DNA of 64,000 nucleotides, taken from assembly GCA_965211635.1 (NCBI GenBank), contig OZ242948.1, forward strand, positions 1,460,653-1,524,652, written 5' to 3'. The stretch comes from Dehalococcoidia bacterium. GTDB taxonomy: Bacteria; Chloroflexota; Dehalococcoidia; Bin125. Shown here piece after piece: positions 1-7,642 of the stretch. Positions within the stretch are counted from its first letter, which is position 1. Each line of letters starts with the position of its first letter. The translations under genes and the position numbers were made by a program. Below the pieces are notes generated by a model. The model was not told where the DNA came from and did not search any database. It saw only the letters and a program-made list of their open reading frames with translations.

Positions 1-1154
1 GGCTGGGCGCGGACGTGGTCAAGGTCGAGCAGCCCGGCGTCGGCGACCCCGGACGCGGCGTGCGCACCGGGACGCTGAACTCGCCCTACTTCATCAACTG
101 GAACTCCAACAAACGCTCGGTCACGATCAATCTGCAGGAGCCCAAGGGCCGCGAACTGCTGCTGGAAATGCTGCCCCACTACGACGTCTTCGTCGAGAAC
201 TACGGGCCCGGCGTAATGGAGCGGCTCAACCTGACCTACGACGTGATGAAAGAGGTCAACCCCTCGATCATCTACGCGCGGCTCAAGGGCTTCGGACTCT
301 CCGGGCCGTGGGCCGACTACAAGTGCTTCGACATGATCGCCCAGGCGGCGGCCGGGGCCTTCTCGGTCACCGGCGAGCCGGACGGTCCGCCGATGCTGCC
401 CGGCTCAACTGTCGGCGACTCCGGCACCGGGGTCGAGCTGGCGCTCTCGATCACCGCCGCCTACGTGCAGAAGCAGCGCACCGGCGAGGGCCAGTTCATC
501 GAGATCACGATGCAGGAGGCGATGACCTACTTCATGCGCACGCGGATCGCGTACGCCGAGTGGGGCGAGAAGGTCGCCCCGCGACGCGGCAACGCGGCCG
601 GCGCGCCGACCGACCTCTATCCCTGCAAATCGACGCCCGAGAGCGAGGAACGCGGCGGCAACAACGACTGGGTCTACATCATGGTCGTGACCAGCCGCAT
701 GTGGGACACGCTCTGCGCGGCGATCGACCGGCCAGAGCTGCTGGTCGACCCGCGTTTCGAGGACATGTGGAAGCGAAACGAGAACGGCAAGGAGCTCTAC
801 GCCGAGATTTCGAAGTGGACCCGGACGAAGACCAAGTGGGAAGTGATGGAGTTCCTCGGCGCGGCCGGCGTGCCCTGCTCGGCCGTGCTCGACACCTACG
901 ACCTGTTCCACAACCCGCACTTCGAGGAGCGCGGTTTCGTCCACGACCTTGAGCATCCGGCTCACGGCAACATCCGCCTGCTCGGCTGGGCGCCGAAGAT
1001 GTCCAAGAGCGATGTCCCGCTCGAGCGCGCCCCGCTGCTCGGCGAGCACACGGCCCAGGTCCTCTCCGACGACCTCGGCCTCTCGGCCGGAGACCTCCAG
1101 GAGATGGAAGCCGCCGGCATCATCGGCGGCGAACCGGTCTTCCCGGCGAAGTAG
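1..1154 (+). CDS. CoA transferase family III (CaiB/BaiF), 5' end outside window
   Basis: Frame open from base 1; LGADVVKVEQ...GDP...R motif typical of the CaiB N-terminus; conserved family III core. Confidence 0.85.
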   Translation, partial: LGADVVKVEQPGVGDPGRGVRTGTLNSPYFINWNSNKRSVTINLQEPKGRELLLEMLPHYDVFVENYGPGVMERLNLTYDVMKEVNPSIIYARLKGFGLSGPWADYKCFDMIAQAAAGAFSVTGEPDGPPMLPGSTVGDSGTGVELALSITAAYVQKQRTGEGQFIEITMQEAMTYFMRTRIAYAEWGEKVAPRRGNAAGAPTDLYPCKSTPESEERGGNNDWVYIMVVTSRMWDTLCAAIDRPELLVDPRFEDMWKRNENGKELYAEISKWTRTKTKWEVMEFLGAAGVPCSAVLDTYDLFHNPHFEERGFVHDLEHPAHGNIRLLGWAPKMSKSDVPLERAPLLGEHTAQVLSDDLGLSAGDLQEMEAAGIIGGEPVFPAK

Positions 1155-1308
1155 CCTCCAGAATGCGCCGATAAGTCCCAGTCCCTGCTTCACGCTGGGA
1201 CCCGTTCCCCTCTCCCCCCGCTCCACGAGGGGCGATACCGCAAGTCCACTTCCCCTCTCCCCCCGCTCCGCGGGGGGAGATGCGGAAGGCAGAGGGGGGC
1301 TCCCCGCC
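1155..1308. repeat. Family B GC-rich hairpin repeat units (TCTCCCCCCGC..GCGGGGGGAGA / GAAGGCAGAGGGGGGCTCCCC)
   Basis: Same modules recur at more than 12 intergenic sites in the window; copy ends 2 nt before the ATG at 1309. Confidence 0.7.
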
Positions 1309-1839
1309 ATGCCTCCCGACGACCTGCTCCACGGCCTCCCGCCAATCCTCCCCGACGGCCCCATCCGCGCCCTGATTCTCGGCTCGTTCCCCAGCGTGCA
1401 ATCGCTGGAGCGGCAACAGTACTACGCCCACCCCCAGAACTGGTTCTGGCGAGTGATGCAGCACTGCGGCGTCGTGGACGACGCCGGCGCGGCGTACTCG
1501 AAGCGGGTCGAGCAGGTCCGGTCCGGGCGAATCGCCATCTGGGACCTGTACGAGCGGGTGCGTCGCGAGGGCTCGGGCGACGACAAGATCCGCGACGCCG
1601 TGCCGAACCGAGTCGGCGAGCTGCTGGAGTCACGTGGCCCGTTCCCAATTCTGCTCAACGGCCGTCGGTTGAGGGAGTTCCGTCGGGCATTCCCCGACCT
1701 GAACGCAGAGCTGATCGCCCTACCAAGCACCAGTCCGCGTCCGCTGCATTGGAACACCGAGGAGTCGAGGTCGGCGGCGATCGAGGAGTGGTGCGCGGCG
1801 TTCGCGCTGCAGTGTGATCGGCATACAGTGGACGGCTAG
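1309..1839 (+). CDS. Hypoxanthine/deoxyinosine DNA glycosylase, UDG family 6-like
   Basis: LILGSFPS..S...YYAHPQNWFW motif; ATG at 1309 derived from the ORF frame; repeat-derived GAAGGCAGAGG sits just upstream. Confidence 0.65.
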   Translation: MPPDDLLHGLPPILPDGPIRALILGSFPSVQSLERQQYYAHPQNWFWRVMQHCGVVDDAGAAYSKRVEQVRSGRIAIWDLYERVRREGSGDDKIRDAVPNRVGELLESRGPFPILLNGRRLREFRRAFPDLNAELIALPSTSPRPLHWNTEESRSAAIEEWCAAFALQCDRHTVDG

Positions 1840-2125
1840 CTCACGACCGATCGCGAAAGAAAGCGACGTGTACCACTCAGTCGAGGAAGAAGAGCTTCCA
1901 GCGGAGCACCTGGACAAGATCGCCGACATTCTCGGTCGGCTGGACGTAGCCAGCGAGCCGTCGAGCATGGACATCCCCGGATTCCAACTTCGACGTCTGG
2001 ACGGCTATCACGAAGGTCAATGGGCCGTACGGGTTGCCGATGACCTGCTGATCAGCTTCCGCTTCGTCGGCAGCGACATCACCGAGGTCGACCTGCTCTC
2101 TTCCGCCCAAGGAGGCCCAACATGA
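1814..2125 (+). CDS. higB: RelE/ParE-superfamily toxin, HigB-like (alternative GTG start at 1868)
   Basis: About 90-100 aa; C-terminal IPG..L..L.G...W..RV....ISFRF pattern of the plasmid-killer/HigB family; directly followed by a HigA-like gene with ATGA overlap. Confidence 0.55.
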   Translation: MIGIQWTASSRPIAKESDVYHSVEEEELPAEHLDKIADILGRLDVASEPSSMDIPGFQLRRLDGYHEGQWAVRVADDLLISFRFVGSDITEVDLLSSAQGGPT

Positions 2126-2409
2126 GGATGGCCAATCCACCCCATCCGGGAAGATCGCTGCTCCGGGACTGTATCGAGGAATCCAACCTCAGCATCGCCG
2201 GAGCGGCGGAGCGCCTGGGCATCCAGCAGTACTACCTCGAAGAGGTCTGCCGCTGCGAATCGCCGATCACACCGATGATCGCGATCCGCATCGTCGCAGA
2301 ATTCGGGGGCGGCGCAGAGACGTGGCTGGCGATGCAGTCGGCGCACGACCTGTGGTTGATGCGGGAGATTCTGGCTGTGTTCGAGGGATCTCAGTCGGAG
2401 CAGGCATAA
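2122..2409 (+). CDS. higA: HigA-family HTH (XRE) antitoxin
   Basis: MRMANPPHPG...L..LS...AA..LG......L..........A.R.....G....WL..Q...DLW is the canonical HigA N-terminus and HTH. Confidence 0.75.
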   Translation: MRMANPPHPGRSLLRDCIEESNLSIAGAAERLGIQQYYLEEVCRCESPITPMIAIRIVAEFGGGAETWLAMQSAHDLWLMREILAVFEGSQSEQA

Positions 2410-2467
2410 GAATTGTTAGTGATTGAACGCCAGACGTCTGAGATTCCGACAGCGATCCTGATCACCT

Positions 2468-2587
2468 CGTCATTGCCGCGCTCCGCCGCGGCAATCTCGC
2501 TGTGCGGGGCACGGACGTCTGTGCTGCACGCGGCGAGTGATCCCCGCCTTCGCGGGGACAGGCTCCGCGGCAGGCGCGGGTATGACG
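2468..2587 (+). repeat. Family A dual-hairpin element, copy 1 (variant with inner CCCCGCCTTCGCGGGG hairpin)
   Basis: CGTCATTGCCGCGC..GCGGCAATCTCGC ... GCGGCAGGCGCGGGTATGACG; about 90% identical to the copy at 8658-8777. Confidence 0.8.
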
Positions 2588-2703
2588 TTGGTTGTTTGGG
2601 GGCGGGTACAACGTTGGTTGTTTGGGGGCGGGTACAACGTTGGCTGGATGGGAGCGGGTATGACGCTGGTTGGGCGCGGGTATGACGCTGGTTGGTTGGG
2701 GCG
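2572..2703 (+). repeat. Short tandem repeat, about 25-bp unit x5 (GCGGGTA[TC][GA]ACG[TC]TGGTTG[TG]TTGGGG)
   Basis: Read directly: five consecutive near-identical 22-26 bp units derived from the tail of the family A element. Confidence 0.8.
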
Positions 2704-2728
2704 GAAGTGGCTCTCATTCTGTGGTTTC

Positions 2729-3019
2729 TCAGGCCAAATCGAGATAGAGGTCCCTCCACTCAGGATTGAACTCGTCGATTAGACCGCGACGACGGGCCTT
2801 GCTCCAGCGCTTGATCTGCTTCTCCCGAGCGATCGCCTCGTCCATGCGGTCGTGTGGCTCCATCCAGACCAGCTTGTCGATCTGGTAGCGCCTGGTGAAG
2901 GCGGAACCTTCTCCTCTCTTGTGTTGCCAGACTCGGCGAACGAGGTCGGCGGTGACTCCGGTGTAGATCGCTCCGTGAGGTCGGCTGGCGAGGATGTAGA
3001 CGCAGGGCTGGCGCGGCAT
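2729..3019 (-). CDS. GIY-YIG nuclease family protein (small YhbQ/COG2827-like)
   Basis: CVYILASRP.GAIYTGVT.DL.RRV.QHK.G.G...TRRY.....VW.E......A...EK.IKRWS.A.K..LI...NP.W.DL; 96 aa. Confidence 0.8.
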   Translation of the reverse strand: MPRQPCVYILASRPHGAIYTGVTADLVRRVWQHKRGEGSAFTRRYQIDKLVWMEPHDRMDEAIAREKQIKRWSKARRRGLIDEFNPEWRDLYLDLA

Positions 3020-3049
3020 GGTCGGCAGAGTAGCGTGGGTTCGTCTTCG

Positions 3050-3618
3050 TCACGGCGAGATACCCGCGGCAAGCGCGGGTATGACGGTGGTTGGTGGCGG
3101 GAGAGTGACGGGATTACGCCCCCTCGTCATTGCCGCGCTTGCCGCGGCAATCTCGCCGTGCCGGGTACTGGCGTTGGTCCTGGAAGCGGCGAGATACCCG
3201 CGGCGAGCGCGGGTATGACGGGGTTGGTTAAGCGCGCTTCCCCACTTCGTCATTGCCGCGCTCCGTCGCGGCAATCTCGCCGTGCCGGGTACTGGCTTTG
3301 GTCCTGGTGGCGGCGAGATACCCGCGGCAAGCGCGGGTATGACGGGGGGTCTTGGGTCGCCCCTCCACCTCGTCATTGCCGCGCTCCGTCGCGGCAATCT
3401 CGCCGTGCCGGGTACTGGCGTTGGTCCTGGTGGCGGCGAGATACCCGCGGCAAGCGCGGGTAGGACGGGGGTCTTGGGTCGCCCCTCCACCTCGTCATTG
3501 CCGCGCTCCGTCGCGGCAATCTCGCTGTGCCCCGGTCTCGCGTTGGGACTGGAAGCGGCGAGATACCCGCGGCAAGCGCGGGTATGACGGGGGTTTGGGG
3601 GGCGCGGGTATGACGGTG
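3050..3618 (+). repeat. Tandem array, about 4.6 copies of a 122-123 bp unit built from family A hairpin pairs
   Basis: Unit boundaries at 3125, 3248, 3371 and 3493; unit = CGTCATTGCCGCGCTCCGTCGCGGCAATCTCGCC-spacer-GGCGAGATACCCGCGGCAAGCGCGGGTATGACGG-spacer; the spacers are conserved, so this is not a CRISPR array. Confidence 0.85.
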
Positions 3619-3628
3619 ATCTACGCCG

Positions 3629-6600
3629 TCAGCGGTCCAGGATCGCAGCGACCCTCCGCGCCACCTCCGAGAACCACGACACCTCCGACACGCTCAACCC
3701 CCGGCCCAGCACCTTCGATTCTCGGTAGCTGAGCCACTTCTTGAGGACCTGGTAGCCGCCTAATCGGTATTCCCACACCTCGACCGGCACATCCCGCCAG
3801 TACGCCCGATCGTTCAGATATACGTCTACCACGTCTCCCCGACGCTCGAGCTTGCCCTGGCCGGGCATGACGGCTTGATTGGAGCCGAAGTGGCCCCAGC
3901 CGGCGGTGAGGTGGAAGTCGGCCGGTTGCATGGGGTTGGCGTCGACCGTGGTGGGGACGGCGATGTGGGTGTGGTCGGCGAGGAGGTCGGCGACATCGGA
4001 CTCGGTGTCGAGCAGGCGGGCGAGGCGGTGGCCTCGGGCGGCGGACTGGGCGAGGTCGGCGGGGTCGTCGGGCAGGGGAATGCGGGGCCAGCCCATGCGC
4101 AGACCGCCGGCGTTGGCCTCGCGGTAGGCGGGGTCGTGCAGCGTGGCGAGGACGTGGTGGAAGAGGTCTTCGGGCGAGGCGTCCATGGAGTCGATGTAGG
4201 CCCGCGCCTGCTCGCTCAGGTTGGCGGTGCGCTTGACGCCGTCGACCTCCTCGCCGAGCAGCTCGTCTCGGAGGTAGAGCGGGAAACACGTAGCGCTTCG
4301 ATCCATAAGGTCTAGGCAGCCAATACAAGAAAGAACCTGTGGGGGAGACCATTCTCGTCTGGGCTTCTGTTGGGATACCAAGGTCAGATTGTCGGCGAAT
4401 ACATGTGGACGGTACTTCGGCCGCGGACGGTCCAACAACTCGCTGGCCGGAGCCCAGTAGAGCCAACGTGCATCGAATGGTCGGTACGAGTAGCGGATCA
4501 GTTCTGAGCCATCGACGTCCATGTAAGGGCCCAGTCTCACAGCGAGGAGATCATGGTCAATATCCACGACCAACTCGTCGTTGCCGGTCTTGACTCCTGC
4601 GTAGTAACCGGGGAACAAGTCCGGAAGAGACGGCATGTTAAACCATCCCTTACTTGGTTCGAGCGGGGCAAAGGGGAGCCCGACCTTAGGCTCCGAATCG
4701 ATTTCCTTATACAACTCCACCGGTTCTGTGCCGGCCGAGCATTCCAATGCCTTCAGTTTCTCTACGCCCCAAAGGTCCCTCCATCCAACGCTCGATGCTG
4801 GCTCGTGTTTCTCCTTGCGAACAAGAGTCGCAATCGCCGTACCTACCTGGATGCCGACCGGATCGTCCTTGGTCGAGAAGACGCTCGGATCGGGATCACC
4901 CTCCGGTGTGAGCTTGCCGGTGCGGTACTTGTCGCCGTTGAGGTTGTCGATGCGGATGATGTCGAATGCGTCGAGGTAGCGCTGTCTCATGCCGGGGAAG
5001 GAGAGGCCGTCGAGCCAGGAGTAGTTGCTGATGAAGCAGACAATGCCCTTGCCCGTCTTCTCGGCGATGCGCCGCTCGGCCATGCGGAAGAAGCGCACGT
5101 AGAGGTCGTTGAGTCCCTGGCCCTGCGGCTTGGGCACGTCGGCTCCGGAGACTGGCTGCTTGACCGTGCGGTAGGCGTCCGACAACGCCCGCTCCTCCGC
5201 CACGTCGGGCACGCCGGGGAAGCCGTTGTAGGGCGGGTTGCCGAGCACGACGAGGATCGGGCGCTGCTGCTTGACCTCGTTCGCGCTGCGGCGCTCCTGT
5301 TCTAGCTCGGGGAAGGGCAGCGGCTTGGTCGTGTGCGGCTCCCAGCCGGTCAGGGCGTTGGTCAGGAAGACCCCGGCGCGCTGCTCTGTCGAGAGTCCCG
5401 CGCCCAGGCGCTCCAGCGCGAGGCCGATTTCGAGGTGCGAGACGACGAGCGGCGCGGGCATGATCTCGAACCCAAAGACCCGCGTCGCGGCGGCCTGTCG
5501 GACCGACTCGGCCCAGGTCGCGCCGCCCGAGGCCTGCTCGGTCTCGGCGATCCGGCGCAGCGTCTCGACCAGGAAGGCGCCCGTGCCGCAGCAGGGATCG
5601 AGCACGTAGACGCGCTCGTCGGCAAGGCCCTTGGCGATTCCCAGATCGTCGCGCAGCGCCCGGTCAACCCGGGCGACCATGTAGCGCACGATTTCGCGCG
5701 GCGTGTACCAGACGCCGAGCTGCTTGCGCAGGTCGGGATCGAATGCTTCGAGGAAGGGCTCATAGAAGTACTGCACCGCCTCGCCCTCCGAAAAGCGCTT
5801 GAGAAACGCCTCGCGGTCAACGCGGTCCAGCGCCGCCTCGGTCCAGTCCAGCACCTCGTCCAGCCCCAGCCGTTCCAGCCGGCCGGGATCGGTGATCTGG
5901 TGGAAGAGCATGCGCAGCACCGGCGCGCGCAGCTCGTAGACGGTGTCCTTCCAGCCGAAGCGTCCCGATTTGCCGGCCCGCGCCCAGAGCACCCAGGCGG
6001 CGAAGACTCCGTAGAACAGCGTCTGCACCAGTGTCGAGCGGAAGAACCGGCCGCCGTCTTCGCTCTCGAACGACATCCCCAGCGCCTGCTCGATCGCCTC
6101 GCGGATCGTCTGGAGCGAGTCCTCTTCCTCCGCCGCCTGCTCGACCCGCTGCAAGGCGTCGCGGGCGTAGGAGGCGAGCAAACGGGCGAGGTCGCGCGGT
6201 TCGGAGATCGTCGAGCGGTGCGACATCACGCGCAGCAGGTACTCGCCCAGCGAGATGCCGTGCCGGTTGGCGGCTCGGGTGGTGTGTTGGAGCAGGTCGT
6301 CGAAGGCAGGGATGGAGTCGGCGAGCGAGTAGCGCTCGAGCGTCGCCTTTGCGCCGTCGTTGTCCTGTCCGACCAGCGCGAACTCGCGCAGGTTGGTCAC
6401 GAGGACGAGGTTGCGCGCTTGCCAGTAGCTGTCGACCTGTTCGGAGGCGATCAGCGCGTCGAGGTCGGCGTCGGCGCCCTTGACCTCGACCACGCCGCGG
6501 TCGGGGTCGGTGTTCTCGCCGGAGAAGAATCCGAGGTCGGGTTGGCCGGAGACGGTCTCGCTGTAGTGAACGACGGCGCGCACTTTGGGCGAGAGTTCAT

Positions 6601-6724
6601 CGCCGACGGCGTCGAAGAGGTTGTCGAGCGCGGTGTAGTGGGAGAGCTCGGGTGTCCCGACGCGGCTGCCGGCTGAGATGGCGTCGAGGTACCGCTTGAC
6701 GGCCTGGCGGAGTTCGACGGTCAC
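3629..6724 (-). CDS. MmeI-family Type IIL restriction-modification enzyme (N-terminal PD-ExK-like nuclease, gamma-class N6-adenine MTase, C-terminal TRD)
   Basis: 1031 aa; DPDRGVVEVKGAD (D..EVK) near the N-terminus; motif I VLDPCCGTGAFLV; motif IV LGNPPYNG; C-terminal W.Y.LGGYQVLKKWLSYR as in MmeI/PglX-like enzymes; GTG start overlaps the upstream stop (GTGA). Confidence 0.8.
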   Translation of the reverse strand: MTVELRQAVKRYLDAISAGSRVGTPELSHYTALDNLFDAVGDELSPKVRAVVHYSETVSGQPDLGFFSGENTDPDRGVVEVKGADADLDALIASEQVDSYWQARNLVLVTNLREFALVGQDNDGAKATLERYSLADSIPAFDDLLQHTTRAANRHGISLGEYLLRVMSHRSTISEPRDLARLLASYARDALQRVEQAAEEEDSLQTIREAIEQALGMSFESEDGGRFFRSTLVQTLFYGVFAAWVLWARAGKSGRFGWKDTVYELRAPVLRMLFHQITDPGRLERLGLDEVLDWTEAALDRVDREAFLKRFSEGEAVQYFYEPFLEAFDPDLRKQLGVWYTPREIVRYMVARVDRALRDDLGIAKGLADERVYVLDPCCGTGAFLVETLRRIAETEQASGGATWAESVRQAAATRVFGFEIMPAPLVVSHLEIGLALERLGAGLSTEQRAGVFLTNALTGWEPHTTKPLPFPELEQERRSANEVKQQRPILVVLGNPPYNGFPGVPDVAEERALSDAYRTVKQPVSGADVPKPQGQGLNDLYVRFFRMAERRIAEKTGKGIVCFISNYSWLDGLSFPGMRQRYLDAFDIIRIDNLNGDKYRTGKLTPEGDPDPSVFSTKDDPVGIQVGTAIATLVRKEKHEPASSVGWRDLWGVEKLKALECSAGTEPVELYKEIDSEPKVGLPFAPLEPSKGWFNMPSLPDLFPGYYAGVKTGNDELVVDIDHDLLAVRLGPYMDVDGSELIRYSYRPFDARWLYWAPASELLDRPRPKYRPHVFADNLTLVSQQKPRREWSPPQVLSCIGCLDLMDRSATCFPLYLRDELLGEEVDGVKRTANLSEQARAYIDSMDASPEDLFHHVLATLHDPAYREANAGGLRMGWPRIPLPDDPADLAQSAARGHRLARLLDTESDVADLLADHTHIAVPTTVDANPMQPADFHLTAGWGHFGSNQAVMPGQGKLERRGDVVDVYLNDRAYWRDVPVEVWEYRLGGYQVLKKWLSYRESKVLGRGLSVSEVSWFSEVARRVAAILDR

Positions 6725-7215
6725 TCGCGTCCCACGCCGCCTCGCCAGACGAGCGGCTCGCCGGTTTCCTCGTCCAGGAGGCCGTCAAGGATGGGCGGAT
6801 CGGCGGGGTCGGCCATGGCGGAGTCGAGTTGGGCCTGGGTCAGTCCGATGGCGACGCCTTCGAGTCGGTCGGAGAAGATCGCGCCGCTGATGTCTGCGCC
6901 AAGCAGGTTGGCTCCTGTGAAGTTGGCGCGCCAGAGTTCGGCGCCGTGCAGCACAGTGCGGGAGAGGTTCGCGTTGGTGAAATCGGCGCCGGACATGAGT
7001 GAGCCGGTCAAATCTGAGCCACGAAGATTCGCGTCAACGAACCACTTGTCCTCCGCGATCGCTCCGCGCATGTTTGAGTACGGCCAATCGATGGGAATCG
7101 GTCGCTCGCGCTCTGCGTTCTTGGGATCGGCGCGTATATCGACGATCGCCTGCTGATCACGCCGCATAAACGGGACGGATTTCCTACTGCGTGCTGGATG
7201 ATTGCTGGTCGTCAT
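6721..7215 (-). CDS. Pentapeptide-repeat protein
   Basis: Run of A(D/N)LxG pentapeptides (ANLRGSDLTGSLMSGADFTNANLSRTVLHGAELWRANFTGANLLGADISGAIFSD); ATG at 7215 preceded by GAAGGAG; stop overlaps the start of the R-M gene. Confidence 0.75.
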   Translation of the reverse strand: MTTSNHPARSRKSVPFMRRDQQAIVDIRADPKNAERERPIPIDWPYSNMRGAIAEDKWFVDANLRGSDLTGSLMSGADFTNANLSRTVLHGAELWRANFTGANLLGADISGAIFSDRLEGVAIGLTQAQLDSAMADPADPPILDGLLDEETGEPLVWRGGVGRE

Positions 7216-7642
7216 CAGCTCCTTCACCGTCCCGTTCGAACTTGTCGATCCTGAGTAGTAGGGCGACCTGTAGCTCGTACTCTTCAGGGTAGGCGCTCGC
7301 AAGCTGCTGCAAGGTCCGGGCGGCCGTCTCCCTCACCGATTCATCTGCGCTTTCCAACATCCCGACGGCTCGATGAAAGCGCTCATCCAACTGGGCTCGA
7401 TGGGCTGTTTCCGCCTGTCGTTCGCTGACTCGGCTGCGCCAAATCGCGAGCGGCAGCGCGATCACGGCGGCGGCGATCAGGCCGAAGTTGCGCACCTCGT
7501 CGGACGAGTCCCACCAGATGGCGGTGACGGCGATCAACAGGGCGAGCGCGGCCAGCGTGACCAACGCGAGCCGTGACTCCAGGCGCCAGAGCGCGGCGCG
7601 CACGAGCGCTTCCAACCACAGCAGCGGGTCGCGCCAACTCAC
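7184..7642 (-). CDS. Small membrane protein (2 predicted TM helices, acidic C-terminal tail)
   Basis: Hydrophobic segments LALVTLAALALLIAVTAIWW and FGLIAAAVIALPLAIW; start overlaps the panE stop (ATGA). Confidence 0.5.
   Translation of the reverse strand: MSWRDPLLWLEALVRAALWRLESRLALVTLAALALLIAVTAIWWDSSDEVRNFGLIAAAVIALPLAIWRSRVSERQAETAHRAQLDERFHRAVGMLESADESVRETAARTLQQLASAYPEEYELQVALLLRIDKFERDGEGADDDQQSSSTQ

Noticed and set aside
2413-3587. ORFs 2413-2685, 2537-2782, 2852-3463, 3018-3218, 3050-3490, 3282-3587 and 3352-3732
   Set aside because: They are translations of the family A repeats and tandem array (repetitive GYDGG.../AMT... peptides). They are not independent proteins.
3050-3618. Possible CRISPR array (regular about 35-bp repeats)
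   Set aside because: The sequences between the repeats are conserved from unit to unit (GTGCCGGGTACTGGCGTTGGTCCTGGTGG and GGGGTCTTGGGTCGCCCCTCCACCT), and the two repeat types alternate as inverted partners. It is therefore a tandemly duplicated 122-bp unit, not a spacer-bearing CRISPR locus. No cas genes are present.
3621-6676. Long alternative-frame ORFs inside the R-M gene (3621-4466, 4553-5305, 5333-6676 and others)
   Set aside because: They are typical high-GC shadow ORFs on the opposite strand or frame of a well-supported 1031-aa gene with clear MTase motifs. Their composition is low-complexity and Arg/Pro/Gly-rich.
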